DNA from: Balanoglossus misakiensis
Taxonomy: Eukaryota > Animalia > Hemichordata
DNA length: 64,000 bases
Assembly: GCA_040954595.2 (NCBI GenBank)
Contig: CM082584.2
Coordinates: 7,831,919-7,895,918, forward strand
Direction: 5' to 3'
Under the pieces are notes generated by a model. The model was not told the DNA's origin. It saw nothing but the letters and a program-made list of their open reading frames with translations, and ran no database searches. The position numbers and the translations under genes were made by a program. Positions 33,101 to 41,625 of this stretch are shown here, one piece after another. Position 1 is the first letter of the stretch. Each line of letters begins with the position of its first letter.

Positions 33101-33959
33101 GCTACTGGTATTACGCACGTAGTGCCAGGCATGCCGATCGAAGACTTGCGCCTTCTCGTTTCTTTCATGTGTTTTATCGACTCTTTTGTTGTGCCTGTAT
33201 ATAAACTGTATGTGTGAATGGGTTTAGAAATGCAATGGGGTTTCGGTGGGCCGGACGCGGCGGTGAACTCCTTCCTCGCGGTTGGCGCGGGCCGGTGATT
33301 GCTCTCCGTGCTTTTGTGGGCACGTGAACGTGTACGCACGTCCAACTCCACGATCGTTCTCGACTACGTGGAAATAATGCGGAGTATATAATGACCATCG
33401 ATTAATGAGTACATGTACACGTGCGATCGCAAGTGGCAATGCAAAAGAGAAAGGCACTGCGATTGAACCGCGGCAAACAAAAGCGTGGGGGGGGGGGTGC
33501 TCGGTGAAGAGGACGCCGTTCGTTCGACCATGGTCGTACTCAGTATACCCGTTGACTCACTCAATTGAAACATGGACTATACAGTACTGCAAAGGGACGT
33601 CCACGATTGAAACAACCGACCACAAACACAAAAGCGGCGAAAGTTTCGAAATCTCTTACCTGGACAATCGACCATGTTGTCTTCGCTGGGGTTAACCAGC
33701 GACCAACAGTGGTATTGTGTGTTCCCTAAGTCGTGCCATGAATACGCATTCTGGTAAAAAATCTGAAAAGGGGGAACCAACACCAAATAAGTTAAACCGA
33801 AAAAAAGACAATATCAATAAGTAAGTCGTTTGGAGATTGAATGTTAATTGGCGTATATCGCAATGTATATTGCATTATAAGTTTTCTCTGGACTCAACGC
33901 GTTTCTTTTTTACTTACCGAAATGACCAGCAAAACAGCTCCGACGTCCCACGTAGGCAT
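1..33959 (-). CDS. Receptor (membrane) guanylyl cyclase-like gene, 5' part; 12 coding exons, runs off the window at position 1
   Basis: Exons 33918-33959, 33660-33762, 32256-32412, 29696-29813, 18925-19135, 3415-3566, 2014-2086, 1682-1820, 1471-1557, 1159-1302, 413-534 and 1-121 join through GT-AG introns with matching phases (0,1,2,0,1,0,1,2,2,2,1). The product is signal peptide, ectodomain, TM helix and a kinase-homology domain (IAIKK, HPNLCKFIG, TEYCPKGSLNDVL, HGHLKSNNC, DDRWVVKVSDYG). HGxLKS without the catalytic Asp, plus DYG, is the established signature of NPR/GUCY2-family pseudokinase domains. The cyclase domain is not visible, so the product call is an inference. Confidence 0.88.
413..534 (-). 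CDS. rGC exon 11: FSFCADVARAMAYLHQHKLPHGHLKSNNCIIDDRWVVKVS
   Basis: CAG acceptor at 535-537, GTGAG donor directly below 413; pseudokinase subdomains VI-VII. Confidence 0.95.
1159..1302 (-). CDS. rGC exon 10: DLSHPNLCKFIGGCIEMPNLYICTEYCPKGSLNDVLLNDDIPLNWGFR
   Basis: CAG acceptor, GTAAG donor, phase 2-2; classic rGC kinase-homology motifs. Confidence 0.95.
1471..1557 (-). CDS. rGC exon 9: KGQTIAIKKVTKLQFSLTKAVRKEVKQVR
   Basis: CAG acceptor, GTAAG donor; VAIK-equivalent lysine and helix-C glutamate. Confidence 0.93.
1682..1820 (-). CDS. rGC exon 8: TGIRGFMGSVISVQKSTDKMTDTASSGAGMAMAAQQKQIFTQTGIY
   Basis: CAG acceptor, GTGAG donor; Ser/Thr-rich juxtamembrane segment and the QIFTxTGxY motif typical of rGCs. 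Confidence 0.92.
2014..2086 (-). CDS. rGC exon 7: YFYIKQQKMLWDESWIITYDDIQP
   Basis: TAG acceptor at 2087-2089, GTGAG donor; post-TM basic residues and W-x-I-x-x-D-D-I juxtamembrane motif. Confidence 0.92.
3008..3019 (-). CDS. Candidate 12-nt microexon (GHHA), phase 0-0, in the rGC intron after the TM exon
   Basis: Minus strand reads ...catctctctctaag|GGTCACCACGCG|gtaagaa, with a pyrimidine-rich, AG-poor upstream stretch and a strong donor. Confidence 0.4.
3415..3566 (-). CDS. rGC exon 6: Cys-rich juxtamembrane module plus TM helix (CGNGDCEKDRGEDCEICPKDCGVCPLEPAEIGGIAAACILIILIFIAVIL)
   Basis: TAG acceptor at 3567-3569, GTGAG donor; six-Cys motif followed by a 20-residue hydrophobic stretch. 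Confidence 0.92.
4421..4732. mobile_element. Palindromic (double-hairpin) non-autonomous element
   Basis: 4421-4561 is a near-perfect inverted repeat (gcaataaaacacccccagccatggtata...tataccatggctgggggtgttttattgc) around cgagcgatagcgag. An adjacent 24-bp inverted pair lies at 4562-4585 and 4709-4732 with one mismatch. Confidence 0.7.
6502..6549. repeat. Short inverted repeat / hairpin
   Basis: tcttatgtgcatgtgc-caattaac-gcacatgcacataaga: 16-bp perfect stem with an 8-nt loop, extendable to 20 bp. Confidence 0.85.
6871..6915 (-). CDS. Candidate alternative first coding exon of the rGC (MGLPGPVRWSFTFGR, phase 0)
   Basis: acaATGG Kozak context, 15 codons, then CGG|gtgagtt donor, inside a CpG-rich patch within a CpG-poor intron. 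Confidence 0.4.
13986..14078. mobile_element. Degenerate copy of the ~85-bp piggyBac-like MITE (see 24264-24356)
   Basis: Starts ttaaccctttcacc and shares ttttctat..taa..ttggacctcta.agagggaactggg.gtga with the 24.3-kb copy; right end decayed. Confidence 0.65.
14113..14260. mobile_element. Partial copy of the Tc1/pogo-like MITE (see 18725-18906)
   Basis: Long near-identical blocks shared with the 18.7-kb copy (taatctggaaacctgtctataccaaacaccttttc; gttaaaagaacctctata; tccctttggtgttcggtttagacaggttt). Confidence 0.8.
16205..16345. repeat. Dispersed repeat fragment; diverged inverted copy at about 39566-39706
   Basis: Shared blocks found by eye (caac.cca.agtcaa; aaattttgatcaa.acc; tgtccaaa.ttaa) in opposite orientation. 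Confidence 0.55.
16865..16923. repeat. 18-bp direct repeat aaacagaccatgactaat x2
   Basis: Copies at 16865-16882 and 16906-16923. Confidence 0.8.
18725..18906. mobile_element. Tc1/mariner-pogo (Tigger-like) MITE
   Basis: 20-bp TIRs cagtaaaacctgtctgaacc / ggtttagacaggtttcactg (18/20 match) with CAGT termini typical of pogo-type elements; second copy at 14.1 kb; TA TSD not intact. Confidence 0.7.
18925..19135 (-). CDS. rGC exon 5: LGSNICGPWVPPDGDIFTHTNSLVSSLNGSLDWMTGMRLIPAGTTSIIAHVRIGNLQAALHHVVQVLPKT
   Basis: GC-rich coding island in an AT-rich intron; CAG acceptor at 19136-19138, GTAAG donor; phase 0-1 fits the flanking exons. Confidence 0.88.
20738..20745 (+). promoter_or_regulatory. TATA-like element (TATTTATA) upstream of the nested + strand gene
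   Basis: Motif lies in a CpG-containing patch about 110 nt upstream of the strong-context AUG at 20855; function is inferred. Confidence 0.3.
20770..24943 (+). other. Candidate nested antisense two-exon small-protein gene (exon 1 ends 20929; exon 2 starts 24778) with an in-frame TGA at 24839-24841; recoded gene or pseudogene
   Basis: Consensus donor GAG|gtgagt at 20929/20930 and acceptor ccctttcag|G at 24777/24778. The join gives SSFHYCSLYRQR|LFHNILVGSVAITQQRGPTF*AVRPKPTSQQHNGASGQCINIYALLRTHQFAKT-TAA (24941-24943). Exon 2 is a GC/CpG-rich island in AT-rich DNA. The 5' end coordinate is approximate. Confidence 0.6.
24264..24356. mobile_element. Miniature piggyBac-like MITE (85 bp between TTAA sites)
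   Basis: TTAA-CCCTTTCA...TGAAAGGG-TTAA: CCC/GGG termini and TTAA duplication; second copy at 13986. Confidence 0.75.
29696..29813 (-). CDS. rGC exon 4: DGEAAEDFCAKHECPSPNDAKIENCCLHHINVHSCPLES
   Basis: tttgcag acceptor, GTAAGT donor, phase 2-0 matching its neighbours. Confidence 0.85.
30254..30302 (-). promoter_or_regulatory. Nuclear-receptor DR4 element next to a TATA box (candidate internal promoter/enhancer)
   Basis: Minus strand has AGGTCA-agtg-GGGTCA (30302-30287), an overlapping AGGTCA (30287-30282), then TATATAAA (30261-30254). Confidence 0.3.
32256..32412 (-). CDS. rGC exon 3: GFHMEWLSVQDEVISEEEFNVTYRISTTREFFDWAVRNDTAYSQDYGRVFEF
   Basis: CAG acceptor at 32413-32415, GTGAG donor, phase 1-2; N-glycosylation sequons NVT and NDT. 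Confidence 0.87.
33660..33762 (-). CDS. rGC exon 2: IFYQNAYSWHDLGNTQYHCWSLVNPSEDNMVDCP
   Basis: ttttcag acceptor, CAG|GTAAG donor, phase 0-1; A-Y-S is a plausible signal-peptidase site. Confidence 0.85.
33918..33959 (-). CDS. rGC first coding exon: MPTWDVGAVLLVIS (signal peptide; alternative in-frame ATG at 33977)
   Basis: TCG|gtaagt donor, phase 0; together with exon 2 it forms a 22-aa signal peptide. There is an in-frame stop upstream and a likely 5'UTR acceptor at 34096-34098. Confidence 0.75.
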
Positions 33960-34439
33960 CCTACACGCTGACAGCATCTCGTTCGCGGAGCCTTCACAAA
34001 ATGGTAGCCCTGTGTTATATGGGAATCCCCACACAATGAAAGTGTCTTTGTATGTGTACGCGTATAGCACGGGTTCCACTCAACCGTCTACTACTCTACA
34101 AACAATAAAAAAACTTAAACGGTTTCCTCTTCGACTTCACCATCAACATCAGCAGCGGGGTTTCTGCGTCCCCATCCGGAGTAACAGTTTCCTATTTTTC
34201 CTCTCGAATCCACGGCAGTTGGGTGAGGTATATATATACGCACGCTCAAAGGATGTCTCACACACTGAGACTCTGGGTGCACACACCGTGGCAGTATTAA
34301 AAAAATAAACACACGGTAAATATTCCAGCTACGGGGTAACACTAACACTGGCGTCTATCGTTGGACACGTTAGTTACCGGCTTGCACTTGACAATATACT
34401 AGTATACGGAGGAAACAAAGCCCCGGTTTTGAAGTTACT

Positions 34440-34620
34440 CGGCGGCTGGGGCTGCCTGCTCATCTGATTGGCGGCGGCGATCACGTGCCTGTCGTTATAA
34501 CAACCGTTCACACTGACGTGGGTATTGTTGTGGATGCAGCGTGCATATTGTCTGTCCGCTGGACGGGCTGGCTCTCTCATCTAATTGGCCAATCAACGCA
34601 TCTGCGGACGTCTGATCACC
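34440..34620. promoter_or_regulatory. CpG-rich promoter-like region upstream of the rGC
   Basis: GC/CpG-rich, with CCAAT boxes (gattgg at about 34466; attggccaat at about 34584) and a CACGTG E-box at about 34482. Confidence 0.35.
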
Positions 34621-36487
34621 CTGTCCTGCTTATACTCCATACAGAGCGGGTACCTGCATTCAGCCCATTGAGGGCGGAACAATGCGAACGTCTGGGCAGC
34701 AGACCATGACAGGGGCACGGCAGCTGACAAGTATCCGGCGGTCAGCTTGGGCAAGTCTATAGCCGCAGTCCCTGTTAAAGAGAGGCCGTGCTCTCACTCA
34801 GACTGTATCCAGAGATGCTGTGCAGTCTGTATCGTGGAATATCCCTCGAATAACCTTTTTTTACAGGAGACCGCCAATATAAAGACATCTCTCGCTCGTG
34901 CACAGATAAAAGAACGGAAACTTCGTGGTTCCGCAAACTGAAAGCAGCATTCGTAAAGATTTGCCATCATCTTACCGCGGCACGCATGGAACTTTTTTTC
35001 TACTAAAAGTATTTAGATCACAGTCAGTAAAATATGTTTATGTCTATGTTTAGATTCTTTGCTTCTTGTATCTGTTTACTCATGTTACTAGTATTCGAAA
35101 CGTTCGGATTTGCTTTGCGATACTGCAGCAGTGCATTAAATTACCAGGAGTTGTTCTTTTACTACTAAAATACCAGAGATGTGAGATGTAATGAACTTCT
35201 CTCAACAAATCTTCTTGTACGAAATGGGGTAGCTTTGACCCAGATATGAACCAAAAAAGACCACAGAACTCTGCGCTGCGGAACGCGAGAGAAAAACCAC
35301 GGCTGACTGTGGATGGCAACCCCTTGGTCATACCCGTCAAAAGTAGAAACAGCCAACAAACATTTGTGGCCTTGAACTACTTCAGTGTCGACAAGCTGCG
35401 ACCAGCGAACTAAACAACTTTTCAAACGGACGTTTGCCACGCTTCTGGAGGGGTTTCGAGAAACTATTGTACAGTGATCGATCTGACAGCGTCCGGCATA
35501 CCTTTTCTTTTTTGCCTTTTCAACGTGACATTGACAAATCACCAAGGAAATCTAGCAAAATATACAAAACTCACGAATCTACAAGTCTTAAATGCGGGTA
35601 CACTCTCGATGCATGAAAATCAACGCTGTGAATTTGTCGCGTGTCAGAATGACGTTCAACAATATTAGGTGTTAATAGCAACACTTTTTTGTTACCTCAG
35701 ATCAGCGTCAACGAGAGAAAGCGCGCAGAGACCACGTCCCTTATAGTGACGTAAGCGCCCGTATAAATAAAAGTGGGTCAGTTAGACTTGCTGCGATCGC
35801 AATTAACATATTGGTGGAACTCAAGTCCTTTGCAAAGTGTTTAAGTTTTTTTTTTTTCTCTCTCTCTCTCTCCAATTATGATGTGGAAGTGGTATGTAGT
35901 GCCCACAGTCGCCTGTGATATGATACGAAAAGTTCCACCATTTCCATTTCGTTCTCCTACTATCACTTCAATGCGCCGAAAAAAACAAAGGGCTTGCATA
36001 CCCTACCCGCGCGGGGGCGTACATTTTAACTATATTTTTCGAGCAAATATACAGAATGCAACACGATCCAGGCAAGACAAAGGTTCGTTCGGTCACGGGT
36101 AATGGTGGCGCTAGACAGCACCAAACGTGCACAGCATCGGAACTATTCGCTGTACAGCTGTTCACATAGACCCTATCCTTCCGTCATGGTGAAATATGTG
36201 CGTCACGGGAAGACAATCAGAGGATTTGGATGAATGACAGATTATTTGTTCACCTTTGCTGCATCCTAGTTTCCGTCAGAAGACCATGTATTTGTTGTCA
36301 ACTGCCTTGCACTTTTGAGCGAGGTCAAATCTCACAATGCAAGCACTGTGCGGTAAACTTAGACGCGTCCTGAAGAAGTCCTGTTGTTTTACTAACCCGT
36401 CAAAATTACTGATTCGTTAAATGTTACAGTACGGATGGTGCAAACTCTCATTATAGATGTCATGAAATAAAGTAATAACCCGTGACT

Positions 36488-36556
<69 letters not shown>
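36488..36556. repeat. (ATC)23 microsatellite
   Basis: Perfect trinucleotide run. Confidence 0.97.
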
Positions 36557-39500
36557 TGACCTGAACACCCGACGCACTAGCAAAGGCAGATTTATCAACT
36601 TTTAGCGGGGCGAGGAGTTTAAATTGTAATGAAATAAATCTACGGGCATGGGGATTTAAGGGCCTTAAGCACATTCCAACGTAAGGACGGTAAACACGAA
36701 AACAGATAAATCCACGGGTAGCTGCATAGTGCTGCTCGATACAGTAGTTGCCATAGTGATAGTGCGCGAGGTCAGGACTAGATAATCTTGAACTTTGAGG
36801 CCGAGCAAAAGGCGAGCGTTGCATCGAGGTCCATGACAACGCCAGAGAATGTCTGTCACCGAAAGACAACGGGTAAAATCACATAAATATTTGCCAAGTC
36901 GCGTTGCAGAAAAGAAGTCGAGTAAATACATGCAGTGTGAGAGAATTTGCGTTCGTGCTTTGGAACTGTACAGAAGTCACGGCCTGGCTATACGAGTACT
37001 GTGCGACTCGGCGTGGAATTGTTGGTTCTTAATTGTGTGTTTTTCCTTTCACGTGGTTTACATTTCAAGGGATTACTTCTAATCTGGCACAATTTAGTCT
37101 GAAAATGGTGGTGGTTTTATTCAGCTCTGGTCGAAACCGCGTATTGTACAAACACAGGACGGCACACCGGGTATCGATTACTTCTGCATGAATAGTACAG
37201 CCATATGCCCTATGGTCCTACACACACTGAAAAGGTGTCCTGCGCACAGTCGCTAAATACGGACAGGAGGCATTACTGTTATAGCGACAGACGGTTCTAG
37301 AGTTATCCAGGATAGAAACTCGTATTGGTTCAACGATAAAGTACCTACTTACATCGATGATAGTTTTGTTTATTTTACTGAGATAACACATTTCCAGAGA
37401 CCGAAGTTTAAATTAGATTGGTTTGATTTTTTTTATAAATCCAACAGGTGTTTCAAGCGTTGATACCAGAAATACACATAATGTCTATGGTTATAGCCAG
37501 CATAAAGTTGTCAAACGGTAGTTTTCAGGACCGGCAGTGGTGTGCAATGAACTATACGTATCTAATTATCATACTCCGTGTGGCACAGGTGTGTGAAGAT
37601 GTCGAACGGATACAACACACCCACCTACCCAAATCCAACCAACCAACCAACCATGGAGGTATTAAAACCAACCAGCTAACCGACAAATTAATCGACTGAG
37701 TATCAACGGCCCATTAAGTACTCTGGCAAATTTACTTCAATTCTCTGGCAAGAACAAAGAATTTACGAACGACAATAGCCGAAAAAACTGAGTGCGTACG
37801 ATTCAGTGAAACGAGTCATTGCTGACGTTCACCCCGTCCAGACCATTGTGCTGCATTTACGTCACGAAGTGGAATCGAGTGATAATGACAAATTAACCAC
37901 GGCGGAAAAGAGAGACATCGAGATAATGAGGTGAAAATCGATATTTTCACAATATATGTCTGTTTGCACATCTAAAGGACTAGAATCCGGGCCTGTCTCT
38001 CCCTCCCGATTTCCAATGAGTATGCCCGTATCGAGACTCAGACTCAGAGTTTCATTCAACAATTGCATACAGCGCAAGGTCACCGCACGCTTCCACACCA
38101 ACACTAAATACTTGACCCTACGTTATCTCATAAAAAAAGTTTCTGAATTCCGCGATAGTGGTAATCTGTACTGAGAAACAAACAGAGCGATACTTGTATT
38201 TAAATTAGAACGACTGCGGCGTGCTCTGGTGAGGGTGACGGTTTTTGGTGGTTTGAGCGGTGGTACTGTCTCTTCTCGTCTACCTGTCTGTATGGGGTAT
38301 GGTATAATGTATCGGATCCATAATATATCCACCACCATCGAAACGACAAAATTATTTTGTGTAAATCACTGGGGAGATGTGATTTGTAATTTTGTAAGTA
38401 GTTTAAAAAAAAACTCACAGTAACTAACACCCAAGCCCGATGGACGTCAAGTCGACAATTCATTTAATATTTCAAACGCTACAAAACATATACAATCTCA
38501 GAGAGTCGATATAGATTACCCTGACAGACTGGTATGGGGCACAGGCATCGTTATACACATATACGTGTACATGTAATTACAATGCATGTATATACAAAGT
38601 GCCCGACTTCGACGGTGCATGTGGTATGGGTATGTATATACACCACGCGCTAGCAGTTCATCACACACAACCTAACTATAGTTCAAGGGTTGAGTTACAC
38701 GTTATGCCTGAGGTGATATGAGCCGTGTAGTGTTAATTTCAGGAAGTTTGTAACTTTCGCTCGAAATTCTGAAACAGTACACATTACTTTTGTGTTCGAA
38801 ACCATTCCCCCTTTTCACGGTTTCTCACGTGACACAACTCGCCAACTTCGGCCAAAAGTCGCTGAATGCAAATGATTGTAGATGACATTTTGAATGTGTA
38901 CAGTAATTTTGATAATTTTGACAAATTCCTTAGCGTAACTAGTCGAAAGATTGGAAGCCCCCTCCCCACCCTGGCAATAGGTATACTTTTTTCATGTATT
39001 TTTCAAAACCCACACTTTCAGACGCAAAACAAAACAATACAAAACAAACACATCCTGTACTAACAATACAACCATGACAATATGCTGTCACGAACCTCAC
39101 AAGCTATTAAAATCTTACATTTCTAACCCAAGCTTTATATACATTATATTGTCATTGTCTTTTGGCGAGGTCAAAAGGTCCATACGTACGCAAAACAATT
39201 CATGTCAGTGCTGTAATAATCTGCGTATTTCTTCAAGCGTGTTGGCTATGTCCTTACGTGTTGTGAATTCTCCACCTTTGTTGCACACTTGATCTCTTGA
39301 TCCACCACAAAAAAAAAAAAAGACAAAAGCGGAGAGATAAATAATTCAAAAAGTAAGGCCGGATCAAAAAGAGGCTAATTGCTAGGATCCATGTATAACT
39401 AGCATCCTCACAATAGTTTGGCGGTCTTGGGTGTATCACATAACACTATAGTATTAGTTATCTGCCCAACAAGACCACGGCTTACATAATACCACATTGA

Positions 39501-40311
39501 ACGCCATATTTTCCTGTCAAGATGTTGGTAGAACATATCCTCGTTTTTATGCATTTTTCTCCAATTTGGTCCTTAATTTTGGACAGAGTATACATATTTT
39601 CACATTGCCTTCCGGTTTTGATCAAAATTTGTACAAAAATGCGGAAAAATTTATAAGGGTTAATATTTTGAACTATGAAAAGTTGACTTTGGCGTTGGAA
39701 GTATAATAACTAAGTTGAAAAACGCACTTAAACACAAGGAACCAGCCTCGCAGTGGTCCTACACACTCGATTCTAAAACAAATCGAACGAACATTGTTAG
39801 AAAAAAGAAAGACAAGACACACTAGCAAATAATTAAAGGTTCCGCGTCGGTGTCTCAATGAGCCGACTGGCGGTGTGGTTCAGTTGGACACGATTGTATC
39901 ATTTGTGGACCACTTGGCGGACGGAATCAGTACAAACACCTTTCAAAAGGGCAAATATTGGCACGGTGCACCTTGTAAAAAAGAGGGGACGCAATTTTCT
40001 TTTCCTCATTCACCGGTGTATATACTCTGTCAGCTTCACGTCCACGTTAATTTTCTTCGTCAATGGCTGTGTTTGCTGCTTCATCTCGTTGCAGCCTTGT
40101 GCACAAAAGATGTTAGGAATAACTATGTCTCTGGGACCCCCTCATTGTTTGTTATTGTTGTTGTAGTGCTTTTCTTTGACGGGGAACCACACACTTGACT
40201 CCGCTGTATTTTGCACTATTGACTGGTCTGTTTTTTTGTGGATGTTTGTAGATGCCAGCGTAAAACAAAGTGGGGCACAAACACAGCGACAGTATAATAT
40301 CCACCGACGGC

Positions 40312-41625
40312 TCATATTTCATTATACTGAGTGCTTCCTCGCCGCTTTCGAATATATCGACATCCCTTTATCTCCTCGAAGGTTGCGACCTCTGTGATAT
40401 CCCCCAATCCGTCATAGGGCCACCCGGACTCCTGTAGCACCATTCCCCGGCGCAATAAAACCTGTCTAGGGCTCAGAACTCGCACGTTATCCCTGTACAC
40501 ACCGAAGGGATCGGGCTTCGAAGGCGGCACACCGAGTCCCGACGAGGCCTGCTGGATGTACTTGCACAGAGCGTTCATTTCCTTCAGCGTGCTTTTCCGC
40601 TTCGGCAACCTCGGTGACGAAGTCGGCGTCAGCGCCGGGGACGCGGTGCCGGGCCCGCGGTTCTGCCTGGCCGAGTTGACCGAGTGGCGGCTTGTGTCGA
40701 GTTCGCTGAGTTTCGGGGGATTTATCACCGACACCGTCCGCCTTTTCATCACAGGGCTGGGCTTCGGCGACGCGCCGGCAATCTCGTCCGGCAGTTTCCA
40801 CGCCGAGGTCGGGGGACCGTGCTGGAGTTTGCACGGGGCTGATATTTTACGTCTAGCTGCCTTTCTCTGTCGGTCTGGGCCCTGCGCTTTCTCTTGCTCC
40901 GGCGACGGTCCAAATTTCAATCTCGACGAATTTGAAGAATTGGCAGCTCGTGCCGATCCTGGCGAAAAATCGTCGGGGTCACTTTCTTCGTCTTCTTCGT
41001 CCTGGTCCTCAATTCTGTTCCTTACCGCCGACAGCTGCAGTTCGGTCATGGCGGCTATCAGTGACGACCGCCTGACGTGCAAGTCACCGGGCAGGGGTGA
41101 GTCCCCCGTCGTCTCCGAGGACTCGTCCTCCGAGCGGTTCTGCAGCAGGGTCAGGGCCTGCTGGAACACAGACGAAGTGGCCGGCAACGGCTGCCGATGC
41201 GGCAATTCCGGGTCGTCGTCCAGCAGCGAGTCGACGCCGTTCAACGCAGCGGCTTCCGTGCCCGTCACCCTCTGCCGCTGATGCCACGGCGGAAACGAGC
41301 GACGCTGTGGTTCTTTCGGACCGTCGTCCGTCGCGGCGAAACTCACCTGCTTCTTCCGGGCGATTTCCGGCGACAGAACGGCCGTCAGTAGGTTCGATTT
41401 TCTCGACGACGCCGGCGACTGCTGTAGTTTCAAATCTCTGGACCCGCCTGAATTTAGGTCGAACCTAAACTTGGGTCGGATCCGCGGAGAATTTCTCGGA
41501 CTCAGATGCTGGTCGTCCCATGCGTGCTTCCCGTGTCCGTGGTTTGTTCCCGGCTTTCTGGTGGTCAGGGGACTCCCAACCCGTCCGGGCACCACGGTTG
41601 ACACCGGCTGCCTCGGAGTTGCCAT
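40312..41625 (-). CDS. Uncharacterised 437-aa Ser/Pro/Arg-rich, probably disordered protein; single coding exon
   Basis: Long GC-rich ORF with acgATGG start directly after a ttttttctcacag acceptor (41629-41631), implying a 5'UTR intron (possible donor at 41752). Motifs: RKKQVSF (RVxF), RRSS, RRKIS, KRKST, RRGST and C-terminal FEEIKGCRYIR. Confidence 0.8.
   Translation of the reverse strand: MATPRQPVSTVVPGRVGSPLTTRKPGTNHGHGKHAWDDQHLSPRNSPRIRPKFRFDLNSGGSRDLKLQQSPASSRKSNLLTAVLSPEIARKKQVSFAATDDGPKEPQRRSFPPWHQRQRVTGTEAAALNGVDSLLDDDPELPHRQPLPATSSVFQQALTLLQNRSEDESSETTGDSPLPGDLHVRRSSLIAAMTELQLSAVRNRIEDQDEEDEESDPDDFSPGSARAANSSNSSRLKFGPSPEQEKAQGPDRQRKAARRKISAPCKLQHGPPTSAWKLPDEIAGASPKPSPVMKRRTVSVINPPKLSELDTSRHSVNSARQNRGPGTASPALTPTSSPRLPKRKSTLKEMNALCKYIQQASSGLGVPPSKPDPFGVYRDNVRVLSPRQVLLRRGMVLQESGWPYDGLGDITEVATFEEIKGCRYIRKRRGSTQYNEI

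Noticed and set aside
36392-36598. Poly-Asp ORF
   Set aside because: Translation of the (ATC)n microsatellite.
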